This document shows positions 30,373 to 40,076 of a DNA stretch of 64,000 nucleotides, piece after piece (positions within the stretch are counted from its first letter, which is position 1; each line of letters opens with the position of its first letter). The notes under the pieces were generated by a model. It did no database searches. It had not been told where the DNA came from and saw only the letters and a program-made list of their open reading frames with translations. A program made the position numbers and the translations under genes. This DNA comes from an uncultured Chloroflexia bacterium (GTDB lineage Bacteria > Chloroflexota > Limnocylindria > QHBO01): assembly GCA_963783725.1 (NCBI GenBank), contig CAWAOJ010000002.1, positions 2,045,279 through 2,109,278 of the forward strand, written 5' to 3'.

Positions 30373-31824
30373 TCACGGCAGCTGGACGAGACAGAGGGTC
30401 TTCCAGCCCCACGGCGTGCACAGGCGGCTGGTCCTCGCGGCCCACGCCTCGGGATGCGACTGCGCCAAGCCCGGCGCGGCGCGGTTGACGGTGACGACCC
30501 ATCGAACCCCGCGCGTACGGTACAGGTCGCCGCCGTTCACGCCGCTGTCTGGCCGCGAGACGAGGATTCGCACCGGCGCGCTCATCGCCAGCAGCGGCGC
30601 GTACTCGCCCTCGACCGATGCGCCGCGCGGGACCGTGGCCGCGACGGCCTGCTGGAGCGCCGGCAGTCGCGAGGTCGCGCTGCGGACCCAGCCGCCATAG
30701 GCCAGCACGCCCGGCAGGACCAGCGCGATGCAGAGCGCCCCGACCGCCACTGCCCCCGCGATGCCTCGAGCGTGGAGCCGGCGAAGCAGGTCCGCCGCCG
30801 CGAAGCCCGCCAGGATGGCCAGCGGCGGGAGCAGCGGCTCGATGTAGCGGCTGGGGCGGTAGGGAGACACCAGCATCGCCGCCATGCCGACCCCGAACCA
30901 GCCCAGCGAGGCACCGATCAGCAGGCGTTCGGCGCGTTCCAGCCGGCGCCATGAGCGAACCGCCAGCACGGTTCCGGCGAGTGCCGCCAGGAGCAGTGGC
31001 AGGGACAGCGGCAGGAACTGGTCGCTGCTGAACAGGTACTCCCAGGCGCGCTGCCAGGGCGGCGCCGGCCTGGTGGCCAGGTCGGGCCAGATCCGCAGGT
31101 CGGTCAGCACGCGCTCCCAGCGCGGCAGGGCGACGAGCGCGAACCAGCTCAGCCCCACCACCGCGCCGGTGGCCGCGGTGACGGCAAGCCGCGACAGCGC
31201 GCGGCGGTCGCGGATTGTTCCCGCCAGCAGGACGCCGATCAACGCTCCGGCCACCGCGAACACGGCGCTCGGCTTGGTGAGCACCGCGCCGGAGTAGGCG
31301 ATGCCGGCGAGCAGGCCCATGCGGATCGCGCCGTCCCGGGGTCGCGCGACGAGCGCGACGGTGCCGAGGACCAGCAGCAGCATCACCATCTGCTCCAGGT
31401 ACACCAGCCGCCCGTAGTACAGAACCACCACGTTTGCGGCAAGCCCGAGGGCCGCCACGGCGCCTCCGGCCGTCCCGAAGCGACGCGTGGCGAGCAGCCC
31501 GACGCCCGCCACGCTTGCCACCGTCATCAGCAGCGCGACCACGCGCGCCTGGATGATCCCGACGCCGAACACGGAGAAGACCCCCGCCAGCGTGACGCTG
31601 AACGGCAGGTTGACCAGGTGCAGGTTCCAGTCGTCAGTCGCCCACGTGCCGAGCAGGACCAGGTTCCTGGCATTGAGCGCGTTGTAGCCCTCGTCCGTGA
31701 ACGGCGAGGTGCTCGCGGTGAACGCGTTGGCGGGGTCCGTGGCGAGCATCGCGAGCAGCGCCAGCAGCAGCAGCGCGGCGGGAAGCAGCGGCAGCAGCCA
31801 GTCGAGCCGCCGCGCTCTGCTCAC
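30373..31824 (-). CDS. Polytopic membrane glycosyltransferase of the GT-C superfamily (PMT/ArnT-like, lipid-carrier-dependent).
   Basis: 483 aa with about 11 TM segments and an early-loop acidic motif FTDEGYNALNARN, as in GT39/GT83 enzymes. Confidence 0.6.
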   Translation of the reverse strand: MSRARRLDWLLPLLPAALLLLALLAMLATDPANAFTASTSPFTDEGYNALNARNLVLLGTWATDDWNLHLVNLPFSVTLAGVFSVFGVGIIQARVVALLMTVASVAGVGLLATRRFGTAGGAVAALGLAANVVVLYYGRLVYLEQMVMLLLVLGTVALVARPRDGAIRMGLLAGIAYSGAVLTKPSAVFAVAGALIGVLLAGTIRDRRALSRLAVTAATGAVVGLSWFALVALPRWERVLTDLRIWPDLATRPAPPWQRAWEYLFSSDQFLPLSLPLLLAALAGTVLAVRSWRRLERAERLLIGASLGWFGVGMAAMLVSPYRPSRYIEPLLPPLAILAGFAAADLLRRLHARGIAGAVAVGALCIALVLPGVLAYGGWVRSATSRLPALQQAVAATVPRGASVEGEYAPLLAMSAPVRILVSRPDSGVNGGDLYRTRGVRWVVTVNRAAPGLAQSHPEAWAARTSRLCTPWGWKTLCLVQLP

Positions 31825-31954
31825 CGCATTCCTCCGTCACGACCCACCAGGCCCGCCGTGTCTCGTACCTTACCCGCTCGCACGGACGCTCCGGCTCGTC
31901 GCCGGTCGGCGGCATCGCGTCGTACGATGCGCACTGCGCGGGGGCACTCACCGT

Positions 31955-32031
31955 CGGGGCGTAGCACAGCCTGGTAGCGCACCTGCTTTGGGAGCAGGAG
32001 GTCGCCGGTTCGAATCCGGCCGCCCCGACCA
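31955..32031 (+). tRNA. tRNA-Pro (anticodon TGG).
   Basis: A cloverleaf was folded by hand: 7-bp acceptor stem, anticodon loop TTTGGGA (anticodon TGG, G37), T-loop TTCGAAT, a 5-nt variable loop, and a 3' ACCA. The D-stem has one A-C mismatch. Confidence 0.85.
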
Positions 32032-32054
32032 ACCCGGTATCATCCCGCCGTCCG

Positions 32055-32993
32055 ATGCTGAGCTACGCGATCACCTTCTCTGTCGCCGTGCTCGTCGCCG
32101 CCGTGCTCGTCCCCCTCGTGCGCACCTGGGCGACGTCGCGTGGGCTGGTCGACGCGCCCGGCGGACGCAAGATCCACGAGCGGCCCGTGCCGCGCTTGGG
32201 CGGCATCGCCATCGCCGTTGCGTTCTACGTCGCGCTGGCGGCGGGCGTGGTCCTGCCGCTGTACGGGAGGTTGCCCGGGCTGCCGGAGCTGCCCGGAATC
32301 GCGGCGGGCGGGACGCTGCTGGTGCTGGTCGGCCTGGTGGACGATCTCGTCGGTCTCTCGGCGGTGGTGAAGCTGGTGATGCAGATCGCCGCGGGCGTGC
32401 TCGCCTACGCGCTGGGGATCGGGATCCACACGCTCGCCTTCCCGTGGGGCAATGTCGACGTCGGGTGGCTGTCACTGCCGCTGACCGTCGTCTGGGTGGT
32501 CGGCGTGATCAATGCGGTCAACCTGATCGACGGCCTGGACGGCCTCGCCGCCGGCGTGGTGGTCATAGCCCTGGCGGCGCTGTTCGTCATCGCGCCGAAC
32601 AGCGCGCCGCTCTCGCTGATCCTTGCCGCCGGCGCGGGCGCCGTTCTGGGATTCCTCATCTACAACGTGTACCCCGCGTCGATCATCATGGGCGACAGCG
32701 GGTCGATGTTCCTCGGCTTCCTGGTGGGAGTGGCCGCGATCGCCGTCGCGTCCCCGCCGGGCGGATCGGTGTACGCGTACGTGCCGGCCATCGTGCTCGC
32801 TCTGCCGCTCGCCGACATGGTCTGGACGGTGCTGCGCCGCGCCAGTGGCGGCCGCCCGGTCTTCTCCGCCGATGCCGGGCACGTGCACCACCGGCTGCTG
32901 CGCGGCGGGGTGAGCCACCGCGACGCGGTGCTCGCGCTCTACGCCGTCGCGGCGGTCTTCGCGCTGATCGGGATCGTGCTCGACCGGATCTAG
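32055..32993 (+). CDS. wecA: UDP-GlcNAc:undecaprenyl-phosphate GlcNAc-1-phosphate transferase (WecA/TagO, MraY-like GT4 family).
   Basis: [13 protein letters not shown] and [12 protein letters not shown] motifs, with multiple TM segments. Confidence 0.85.
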   Translation: MLSYAITFSVAVLVAAVLVPLVRTWATSRGLVDAPGGRKIHERPVPRLGGIAIAVAFYVALAAGVVLPLYGRLPGLPELPGIAAGGTLLVLVGLVDDLVGLSAVVKLVMQIAAGVLAYALGIGIHTLAFPWGNVDVGWLSLPLTVVWVVGVINAVNLIDGLDGLAAGVVVIALAALFVIAPNSAPLSLILAAGAGAVLGFLIYNVYPASIIMGDSGSMFLGFLVGVAAIAVASPPGGSVYAYVPAIVLALPLADMVWTVLRRASGGRPVFSADAGHVHHRLLRGGVSHRDAVLALYAVAAVFALIGIVLDRI

Positions 32994-34495
32994 GCTGCCT
33001 CGACCCGCGGAACGCTCAGCAGCGAGCCGAGCCCGAGCATGAACCAGAACATGAACGCCACGGTGTTGGCCTCGAGGCCCATGGTGGTGCCGGTGGTGAT
33101 CGCCACCGCCACGCTCCCGGCGAACAGGCCGGTCGCGAGGACGTACGTGACCCGGTCGCCGGCTGCGCGGCGAATGACACGAACCAGTCCCGCGTAGATG
33201 AATGCGAGCGTGGCGAGCAGCGCCGCGGCCCCGAGGATGCCTCCCTCGATGAGCACGTGAAGCCAGAAGTTGTCGACGGTGATCTGCGCCACGAGCAGCT
33301 TGTCGGTGCCGTACTGCGCGTAGACGGGGGTCGCGAAATGCGCGGCCGCGCCGCCGCCGTATCGGCCCGGCCCCACGCCGAGCAGCGGGTGATCGCGAAG
33401 GATCGGCAGCGCGTTGAGCACGAACTGGGTACGGAGGTCGCGTCCCGCGCCGACGGCGCCGACGCGGTCGCCGGTCGTGCCGATCAGGTCGAACTGCGTC
33501 GGAGGCGCCGGAGCGCCGCCGGCGGCCCTGGGCACGATCAGGTCGCGCGGCATGAAGGTGACCGCGGCGATGGCGAGAAGTCCCACCGCCAGCGTGGCGA
33601 GCAGCACCCGCCGGTCGAAGAGGAGCATCGTCGCGCCGCCGCCGACCAGCAGACCCAGCCACGAGCCGCGCGAGTAGGTGAGCAGCATGGCCATGGTCAG
33701 CAGCAGCGAGACAACCGCGAGGCCGGTGCGCCACCGCGCGTCTCGCAGGCGCACCATCCCGAACAGGGTGAGCGGCAGCACCATGGCGACCAGGGTCCCC
33801 ATCGAGTTGGGGTTGCGCACCAGCGAGCCGATGCGTGAGAAATCGCCGGACCGCCCCTCGACCACCGTGAGGCCGAACAGGTCGGGCCGCAGGACCCCCT
33901 GACCGATGCCGATCACGGCCATCACCAGCACGGCCGCCACGAGGGCGCCGACGGCGGTCACGGTCTGACGGCGGTCGAAGCCGACGATGCGGACCAAATA
34001 GAACAGCGTCACCGCGTCGAGCGTGTAGAACAGCCCGGCTCCGAGCGGAAGCAACGGCACGCGGTTGACGAGCGCGGAGAGCAGGCCGAGCGCGACGAAC
34101 GCCGCCAGCGCGATCGTCGCGGGATGCCGCAGCGCCAGGCCGATGCGGTGCGCGCGGATGCCGAGGGCGAGGATCACCAGCGCGACGACGCCGAGGAGCG
34201 CCTCCGACGAGAACTGGGTGTACGTCTGGACCGCGACCGGCATGAACGGCGCGATCAGGAAGCGGTCGGCGATCGGCGCCAGCGCCGTCACCACGAGCAT
34301 CGACCGCGGCCACCGCGCCGTCGCCATGGCGAGCAGCGCGAAGAGCGCGATGGCGAGCAGCACGAACGCCGAGTTGGAGGCCCGCGCGACGACCACCGTG
34401 GCGCCGAGCAGCACGAGCGCAATGAGCGCCACCGCGCCCGCCGGCACGTTCGCGAACGCTGTGCGCATCGGTCGCACGGAGGTGACCTCGGACAT
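32990..34495 (-). CDS. O-antigen ligase/polymerase-like (Wzy_C domain) polytopic membrane protein.
   Basis: YSRGSWLGLLVG motif and at least 10 TM segments. The start MSEVTS at 34495 overlaps the upstream stop by 1 nt (TGATG). Confidence 0.65.
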   Translation of the reverse strand: MSEVTSVRPMRTAFANVPAGAVALIALVLLGATVVVARASNSAFVLLAIALFALLAMATARWPRSMLVVTALAPIADRFLIAPFMPVAVQTYTQFSSEALLGVVALVILALGIRAHRIGLALRHPATIALAAFVALGLLSALVNRVPLLPLGAGLFYTLDAVTLFYLVRIVGFDRRQTVTAVGALVAAVLVMAVIGIGQGVLRPDLFGLTVVEGRSGDFSRIGSLVRNPNSMGTLVAMVLPLTLFGMVRLRDARWRTGLAVVSLLLTMAMLLTYSRGSWLGLLVGGGATMLLFDRRVLLATLAVGLLAIAAVTFMPRDLIVPRAAGGAPAPPTQFDLIGTTGDRVGAVGAGRDLRTQFVLNALPILRDHPLLGVGPGRYGGGAAAHFATPVYAQYGTDKLLVAQITVDNFWLHVLIEGGILGAAALLATLAFIYAGLVRVIRRAAGDRVTYVLATGLFAGSVAVAITTGTTMGLEANTVAFMFWFMLGLGSLLSVPRVEAA

Positions 34496-35526
34496 CAGAG
34501 CCTTTCGTCGGAGAACAGCACGTCGAGTACCTGCTGCGCCCGAGCATGCCACGAGTTCGCCGTCGCTGCGCGCTGGGCGGCGGCCCCGAACGCGTCGAGC
34601 TCCTCGCGCGACGCAGTCGCCAGGCGGCCGATCGCCCCGGCCATGTCGTCGACCTCATCGGGCACGACGAGCCCCGCATCGGCTGCGCGCACGATGCGTG
34701 CCTGCTCGGAGCAGTCGGTCACCAGAAGCGGACGGCCGTAGCTGAGGTAGTCCATCAGCTTGATCGGCACCGCCAGGTCGTTGTACGCGCTTCGACGCCG
34801 CGGGATGACAGTGGCCAGCACCTGCGGAAGCAGCGCGTGGATCTCGCTCCCGCTCGCGCGTTCGACGCGCAGCCATGCCGGGTGCGAGCCCGGCGGCTCC
34901 TCGCCCCTGCGCGCCACGCAGATGAGGTCGATGTCGTGCCCATCCGCCCGCGCACGCTCCACCGCGGCGAGCAGCAGCTCCCCGCCCAGCTCGGGCGATC
35001 GGATGGCGCCGACGTGGAGCAGGGTCCGTGCGCCAGGGCTCCGCTGGACATCCAGCGGTGGAGGTGCTCCGGGCGGCAGCAGCACGCCGTCGGCGCCGTG
35101 TCCCATCAGCGTCGCCAGGCCGCGCGACGGGAATGCGGCGCGAGTGGATGCGGCGAGCAGCGCGGCGAACGCCGGGCGGAAGAGGCCCGCTGCGATCCGA
35201 TGCTTCACGCTGTCGCCGTACCCCGGCAGCAGCTGATAGGCGTCGCGCACGAAGGTGAGCACCGGGATGCCGAGGGCCCTGGCAAGGCCGAGGAACGCGA
35301 CGTCGGCCGGCGATGGCAGGAACGAGGAGCTTTCGACGTAGATGCCGTCGAGCCCGCGCAGCCGCCCGCTCGCCGCGTACCGCGCGAGGGCCACGCTGCG
35401 CTCGCCGCGGTTCCCCGCCACGACGTCGAGCGAGGCGAGCCCGGCCAGCGCGTCACGCAGGCTGCTGATGCGAACGGTGGGTCCGGAGTTGGCGACGCCG
35501 AGCCGGTACATGGAGACCAGGAGCAC
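34495..35526 (-). CDS. GT4-family glycosyltransferase.
   Basis: The N-terminus VLLVSMYRLG..GP (GTG start; alternative ATG at 35511) and the C-terminal DYLSYGRPLLVTD block are typical of GT4. The track fuses this ORF to the upstream LCP gene only because of a read-through frame. Confidence 0.6.
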   Translation of the reverse strand: MLLVSMYRLGVANSGPTVRISSLRDALAGLASLDVVAGNRGERSVALARYAASGRLRGLDGIYVESSSFLPSPADVAFLGLARALGIPVLTFVRDAYQLLPGYGDSVKHRIAAGLFRPAFAALLAASTRAAFPSRGLATLMGHGADGVLLPPGAPPPLDVQRSPGARTLLHVGAIRSPELGGELLLAAVERARADGHDIDLICVARRGEEPPGSHPAWLRVERASGSEIHALLPQVLATVIPRRRSAYNDLAVPIKLMDYLSYGRPLLVTDCSEQARIVRAADAGLVVPDEVDDMAGAIGRLATASREELDAFGAAAQRAATANSWHARAQQVLDVLFSDERL

Positions 35527-35540
35527 CCGACGGCGACGCC

Positions 35541-36972
35541 TCACGGGCTCCCCCCCGAGGGGGAGGAAGCGGCGACCGGCGGCGCCTTGGCGGTCGAGCC
35601 GAGGTACCACCCTTCCAGCGGTTCCCCGAAGAGCACCGTCATCTCGTCGCGTACCGCCGCTCGCTTCGGGATGAGCAGGTAGTTCGTCTGCGGGTCGACC
35701 GGCGCGTCCACGTACTGCGGGTAGCCCAGCACGACTCGCTGGATGTCCGGTCCGCTGACGAGCGGGATGAGGCGTGGACAGGTCGCCAATCTGGTCGCGC
35801 GGAAAGTCGGTCGCGACCGTTCGGCCCACCGCTCCCAGGATGCCCGGCAGGTCGAAGACGAGGTTCGTCCTGGCGAACTCTTCGCGCAGCGCGAGGAGCA
35901 GCTTCTGCTGGCGGTCGGCGCGCAGGAAGTCGTTCTGGTAGTCGCGCGTGCCGTCCGGCATCTCCAGGTAGCCCTTGCGGATGCGGGCATAGGCCAGCGC
36001 GTGCGCGCCGTCGTAGTGGTTGCACCCCGCGTCGAGCGCGATGCCCATCTTGGGATACCAGGTCGGGCCGGTGTACGTGTCGTCCACGAGCCGGCCGGGG
36101 AGGCACAGCTGCACTCCGCCGAGCGCGTCGATGAGCTGCGAGAAGCCCTCGAGGTTCACGGTTGCGTAGTAGTTGATGGTGATGCCCAGGTAGAGGCCGA
36201 TGGACCGCTCGAGCGTGCGCAGCCCGCACTGCGCGGTCTCGACCATGTCCGGGCACCACAGTGCCGGGTTGGCTCCCGCATCGGTCGAGAGCTGGTTGAT
36301 CTTCTGCGGATAGCGACCGCTGGCGTAGATGCGCGTGTCGGGAAGTGGCAGGAAGCCGGTGTCGCGCGGTACGGAGACCATCACCGCGGTGTGCGCCACC
36401 GGGTCCACCGAGACGACGAGGATGGTATCGGTCAGGGCCTCCTGGCGCCCCGGGCCGGAGTCGATGCCGAGCAGCAGGAAGTTGATGCGCTCGGTGCCGT
36501 TCCAGCGATACGTCGGCTCGTTGAGTGGCGGCACCGGCGTCGCGTGTGGCGCCGCCGGGGCCGGCCCGCCGGCGAAGACCTGCCCGAGCGTCGAATCGAT
36601 CTCGGCCACGATGAACCCCGCCCAGGCATGCATCGCGATGGTCACGATCAGCAGCGCGCCCACCACGGCGAGGTTTCCGCGACGGCGCGGGGCGGAGAGA
36701 CCGGCCTCGCCGATCGCGAAGAGGCGCCATATGAGCAGGCCGCCGTCGATGACGAGCACCGCCCACAGGAAGGACGAGCTGAGCAGCTCGTTGCGCAGGC
36801 GGGTTCCATAGGCGATCGCGGCGACCGCGATGACGGCGATCAGCAGCAGGACGGGGATCGCGAGCACGGCGGCAAGCAGCCGCTTGCCAACGTACGCCTG
36901 GCCGAGGCCGGGAAAGACGAACGACAGTGCGGCAGCCAGCGCCGGGTGTCGCGGGCGGGACGAAACCGTCAT
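35541..36972 (-). CDS. LytR-CpsA-Psr (LCP) family glycopolymer transferase, membrane anchored; frameshift near 35770-35800.
   Basis: N-terminal TM, then an LCP core (INFLLLGIDSGPGR...TDTILVVSVDP...ISVPRDT). The C-terminus continues in the frame of ORF 35541-35990 (..LVSGPDIQRVVLGYPQY..NYLLIPK), which resembles the C-terminus of the intact paralogue at 40077. Confidence 0.65.
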
Positions 36973-37201
36973 GGCACCCCACGCAAGCTGGACGGGCGGG
37001 CGGCAAGTGTAGCACCGCGTTTCGAGCGTGCAGACGCGCCGGATCGGGGGTCCGGGAAGCGGAAGTGGTGACAGGACGCACGGGCTGGGTAGTACGGGTG
37101 GGTTAGTACCTTTGCGCCATGCCGAGACCGCGGCCTAGACTGCGGACTCATCGGATTTCATCCATGTTCCACGCGGGCTGCCCCGCCGCACGAGTTCATC
37201 T

Positions 37202-38818
37202 GTGCCCATCCAGCTCACCTTCATCGTCGTCACCGCCGTCGTCGCGGCACTGCTCGGGCTCGGCGCTCTGCTCGCGCTGATCACCGGGCGTCGCGACTCC
37301 GAGCTGGCGTCCGACTTCCGATCCGACCCGTCGACCTCCCTTGACGTCGTGACCAAGTACGACGTTGCGGAGGAGGTGAGCCGGCCGGCGGAGACGGCCG
37401 AGGTCGAGTCGCGGGCTGCGTACGAGCGCGTGGTGCGGATCCTGTGGTGGCTCACCATCGCCATCGTCCTGGTCGGCGTCGGCGTCTCGAACGCCTTTGC
37501 GGCGGATCAGCCGCTCGTGTTCGCCATCGGCGGCCTGGGCGTGGTGGCGGTCCTGGTCCTGCACGAGCTTCGCCCCGAGCGCTGGCGCTCGGTGGTCGTG
37601 TCCGCCATCGAGGCGCTCATCGCGCTGGCCCTCGTCACCGGGCTGCTGGTCGTCACCGGTTACGGCGGCTCGCCGTTCTTCTTCGCGCTCGACATCGTGG
37701 CGGTCGCGGTGGCGCTCGGCCACAGCAACCGCATCGCGCTGGTCGTGTCGGCGCTCGCGACGCTCGCCTACCTGGGCGTGCTGACCGTCGATCCGGCGCG
37801 GTCCACCTACGCCGCCACGGACCTGCTTCGCTTCGGCCTCAACATCGGCTCCATCTGGCTGCTGGCGTACCTCGCCGCGGTCTTCGCCGGGCAGGAGCGC
37901 AGGCGGCGCGACCGGCTGATCGCCGTCTCGCAGATCGACCCGCTGACAGGGCTCTTCAACCGGGCGCACATCTTCCTCACCGTCGAGCAGGAGGTCCGCC
38001 GCACGCGGCGCAGCGCGCGGGGCTTCTGCCTGCTGATGATCGACCTCGATGGGCTGAAGGCCGTCAACGACACCCTCGGCCACACCCGCGGCGACGAGGT
38101 GCTGCGCGCGCTCGGCGCGGTGATCCGCCACTCGATCCGCACGGTGGACACGGCGTACCGATACGGTGGCGACGAGTTCACCGTCCTGCTTCCCGAGACC
38201 GATATCGCGGGCGCCTTCGTGGTGGCCGAGAAGATCCGTGCCGGCGCCGAGGAGGTCGGCGAGGCGATCGCCGACGGCGCCGCCGAGACGAGCGTCAGCA
38301 TCGGACTCGTCTCGTACCCGGAGGACGCCACCGGCGCGGACGAGCTGATGAACGCCGCCGATCGCGCCATGTACCAGGCGAAGTCGCTCGGCAAGAACCA
38401 GATCAGCGGCGTGCCGCGCGTCCGACGTGCCGCCCGCCACCTCCCGCCGCCGCTCGAGTCGCCGCCCGAGGGCAGCGCGACCGCGGTGCCGGTCGGGGAA
38501 GCGCCGGCGCCGCCGGCTGCCGACCCGCAGGCCGCCGCTCCGCAGCGGGCCGCTCCCCAGCAGACCACGCAGGCCGCGCAGGCCGCGACCGAGGCCGCGA
38601 CGGCGACCGCGGCGCAGGCCCCGCCGCCGGCGCCCGTGGCTGCCGCCGTCGTCGAGGCGGAGCAGGAGACCGACGAGCGCGAGCCCGACCCCGGCGACGT
38701 GCGGCGCCAGATCGCGGCGGCCCGGCGCAGCTTCGACCCCGACGACCAGATCCGGCGCGCGATGGACGCGTTCCTGTCGTCACCCAGTCGCGAGGATCGC
38801 GGCCACCCCGACGCCTGA
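37202..38818 (+). CDS. Membrane-bound GGDEF diguanylate cyclase with a Pro/Ala/Gln-rich C-terminal tail.
   Basis: About 8 N-terminal TM helices, a GGDEF domain (RYGGDEF, LFNR) and a ~130-aa low-complexity tail. Confidence 0.8.
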   Translation: MPIQLTFIVVTAVVAALLGLGALLALITGRRDSELASDFRSDPSTSLDVVTKYDVAEEVSRPAETAEVESRAAYERVVRILWWLTIAIVLVGVGVSNAFAADQPLVFAIGGLGVVAVLVLHELRPERWRSVVVSAIEALIALALVTGLLVVTGYGGSPFFFALDIVAVAVALGHSNRIALVVSALATLAYLGVLTVDPARSTYAATDLLRFGLNIGSIWLLAYLAAVFAGQERRRRDRLIAVSQIDPLTGLFNRAHIFLTVEQEVRRTRRSARGFCLLMIDLDGLKAVNDTLGHTRGDEVLRALGAVIRHSIRTVDTAYRYGGDEFTVLLPETDIAGAFVVAEKIRAGAEEVGEAIADGAAETSVSIGLVSYPEDATGADELMNAADRAMYQAKSLGKNQISGVPRVRRAARHLPPPLESPPEGSATAVPVGEAPAPPAADPQAAAPQRAAPQQTTQAAQAATEAATATAAQAPPPAPVAAAVVEAEQETDEREPDPGDVRRQIAAARRSFDPDDQIRRAMDAFLSSPSREDRGHPDA

Positions 38819-38826
38819 GCCGTCGT

Positions 38827-39984
38827 TCAGCGGTCGCTCACCGAAGCGGTGACCGGCACGATCTCGACCCACACCCGCCCCGGGCGGAGCACCACCGGAT
38901 CGCCGGTGGCGTAGGTCCACCTCGTGCCGTCCTTCGCGCTGGGGCGTGACCAGCGCACGGCGATCGCCCGGCCGTCGGCGTACAGCGTCCCGACGCCGCT
39001 GCCGACAAGGTGCTGCAGCCGGCGGGAGTTGCCGCCCGGGTCGGGATCGCCGAAGACGACCTCCTGCGTGACCCGCTGGACGAGGACGCTGGTGGCGCTG
39101 ACCGAGCGCGCCGTCGACGGCGTCCACGATCGGCTTGCCGGCGTCCTGGCGGTGCCACTCCGCCGCGCCGGCGTCCCAGCTCCAGCCGAAGCGCCAGTAG
39201 GCGTTGGTCTGGATCGTGAGCGCGGCGACCGCGCGGCCCGACGGCAGCGTGGCCGCCGGATCGAAGCGCAGCGGCGGGCGCAGGGAGCCGCCCACCCGCG
39301 CGGCAAGCTGGTCGAGCCGCGCCATCGAGCCGAAGGAGCGGCGCACGCGCTCGAGATCCGCGTACAGGTTGTGCGGCGCCTCGCGGCCGCTCACGCGCTG
39401 GTACCACGGCCAGCCGCCGGTGATGCCGTTCACGTACGGCATGCCCGCGGCCTCGAACCGCGTCGAGCGGCGCCATTGCTCGCCCCGAAGCCGACGGTGA
39501 GCGCATGCAGGTCCTGCCACAGGTCGATGTTGTAGTAGCGCGCGCTGCGCACCGGGCCTGACAGGCCGGTCGTGGGCTGGCACAGGAAGACCGCGGAGAA
39601 GCGGGTGGTGTCGCCCTCCACCGGCGCCTCGTAGACCATGTCCGCCTCGTTCAGCCCACGAGCCGGTCGCGCCAGAGGATGGTTCTCGATCTGGACCACG
39701 ATCGCGGTCCGCTTGGCCAGCGCGGCGTCGCCCATCGGCAGGCCGTCGAGCGGGCAGCGGGCGGCGACGACGGACGTCGCGCTCGGGGTGGCGCTGCTCA
39801 GCGGCGTGGGGCTCGCGGTCGCAGCCGGGAGGCTGAACGAGGGCGCCTGGGTGGGCGTGGGGGTCGCCTCGGCCACCGGACGCGCGCCCGCGTTTCCGAA
39901 GACCAGGAACGCCGCGACGCCGAGCAGCAGCGCCCCGGCCGCGATGGCCACCGCCAGCATCGGTCTCGCGCGCAGGTAGTCCAT
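38827..39984 (-). pseudogene. DUF3048 (YerB-like) lipoprotein-like protein, disrupted by at least two frameshifts (~39450 and ~39100-39300).
   Basis: Three collinear fragments lie in different frames: an N-terminal part with signal sequence (39984-39430), a middle part (frame of ORF 38780-40084) and a DUF3048_C-like end (frame of ORF 38827-39306). Confidence 0.5.
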
Positions 39985-40076
39985 CGGCCGATGCTAGACC
40001 CCCGCTGCCGTGGCGAAGGGGTGATTTCGCTATACTCGCCGCCGCCGGCGCGGGCCGGCGCACAGGTCGAGGGCCC

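Noticed and set aside
31634-32032. 132-aa ORF overlapping the tRNA.
   Set aside because: It overlaps a well-folded tRNA-Pro on the opposite strand and has a low-complexity sequence.
32055-32993. Wall teichoic acid (TagO-TagA) pathway.
   Set aside because: TagO-like and TagA-like genes are present, but no TagB, TagD or TagF polyol-phosphate polymerase or cytidylyltransferase was seen in the window. A non-teichoic secondary polymer is more likely.
34495-36972. Single 825-aa LCP-GT4 fusion protein.
   Set aside because: The middle 90 codons are low-complexity read-through. The LCP C-terminus continues in another frame to a stop at 35541, and the GT4 has its own GTG start. These are two genes plus one frameshift.
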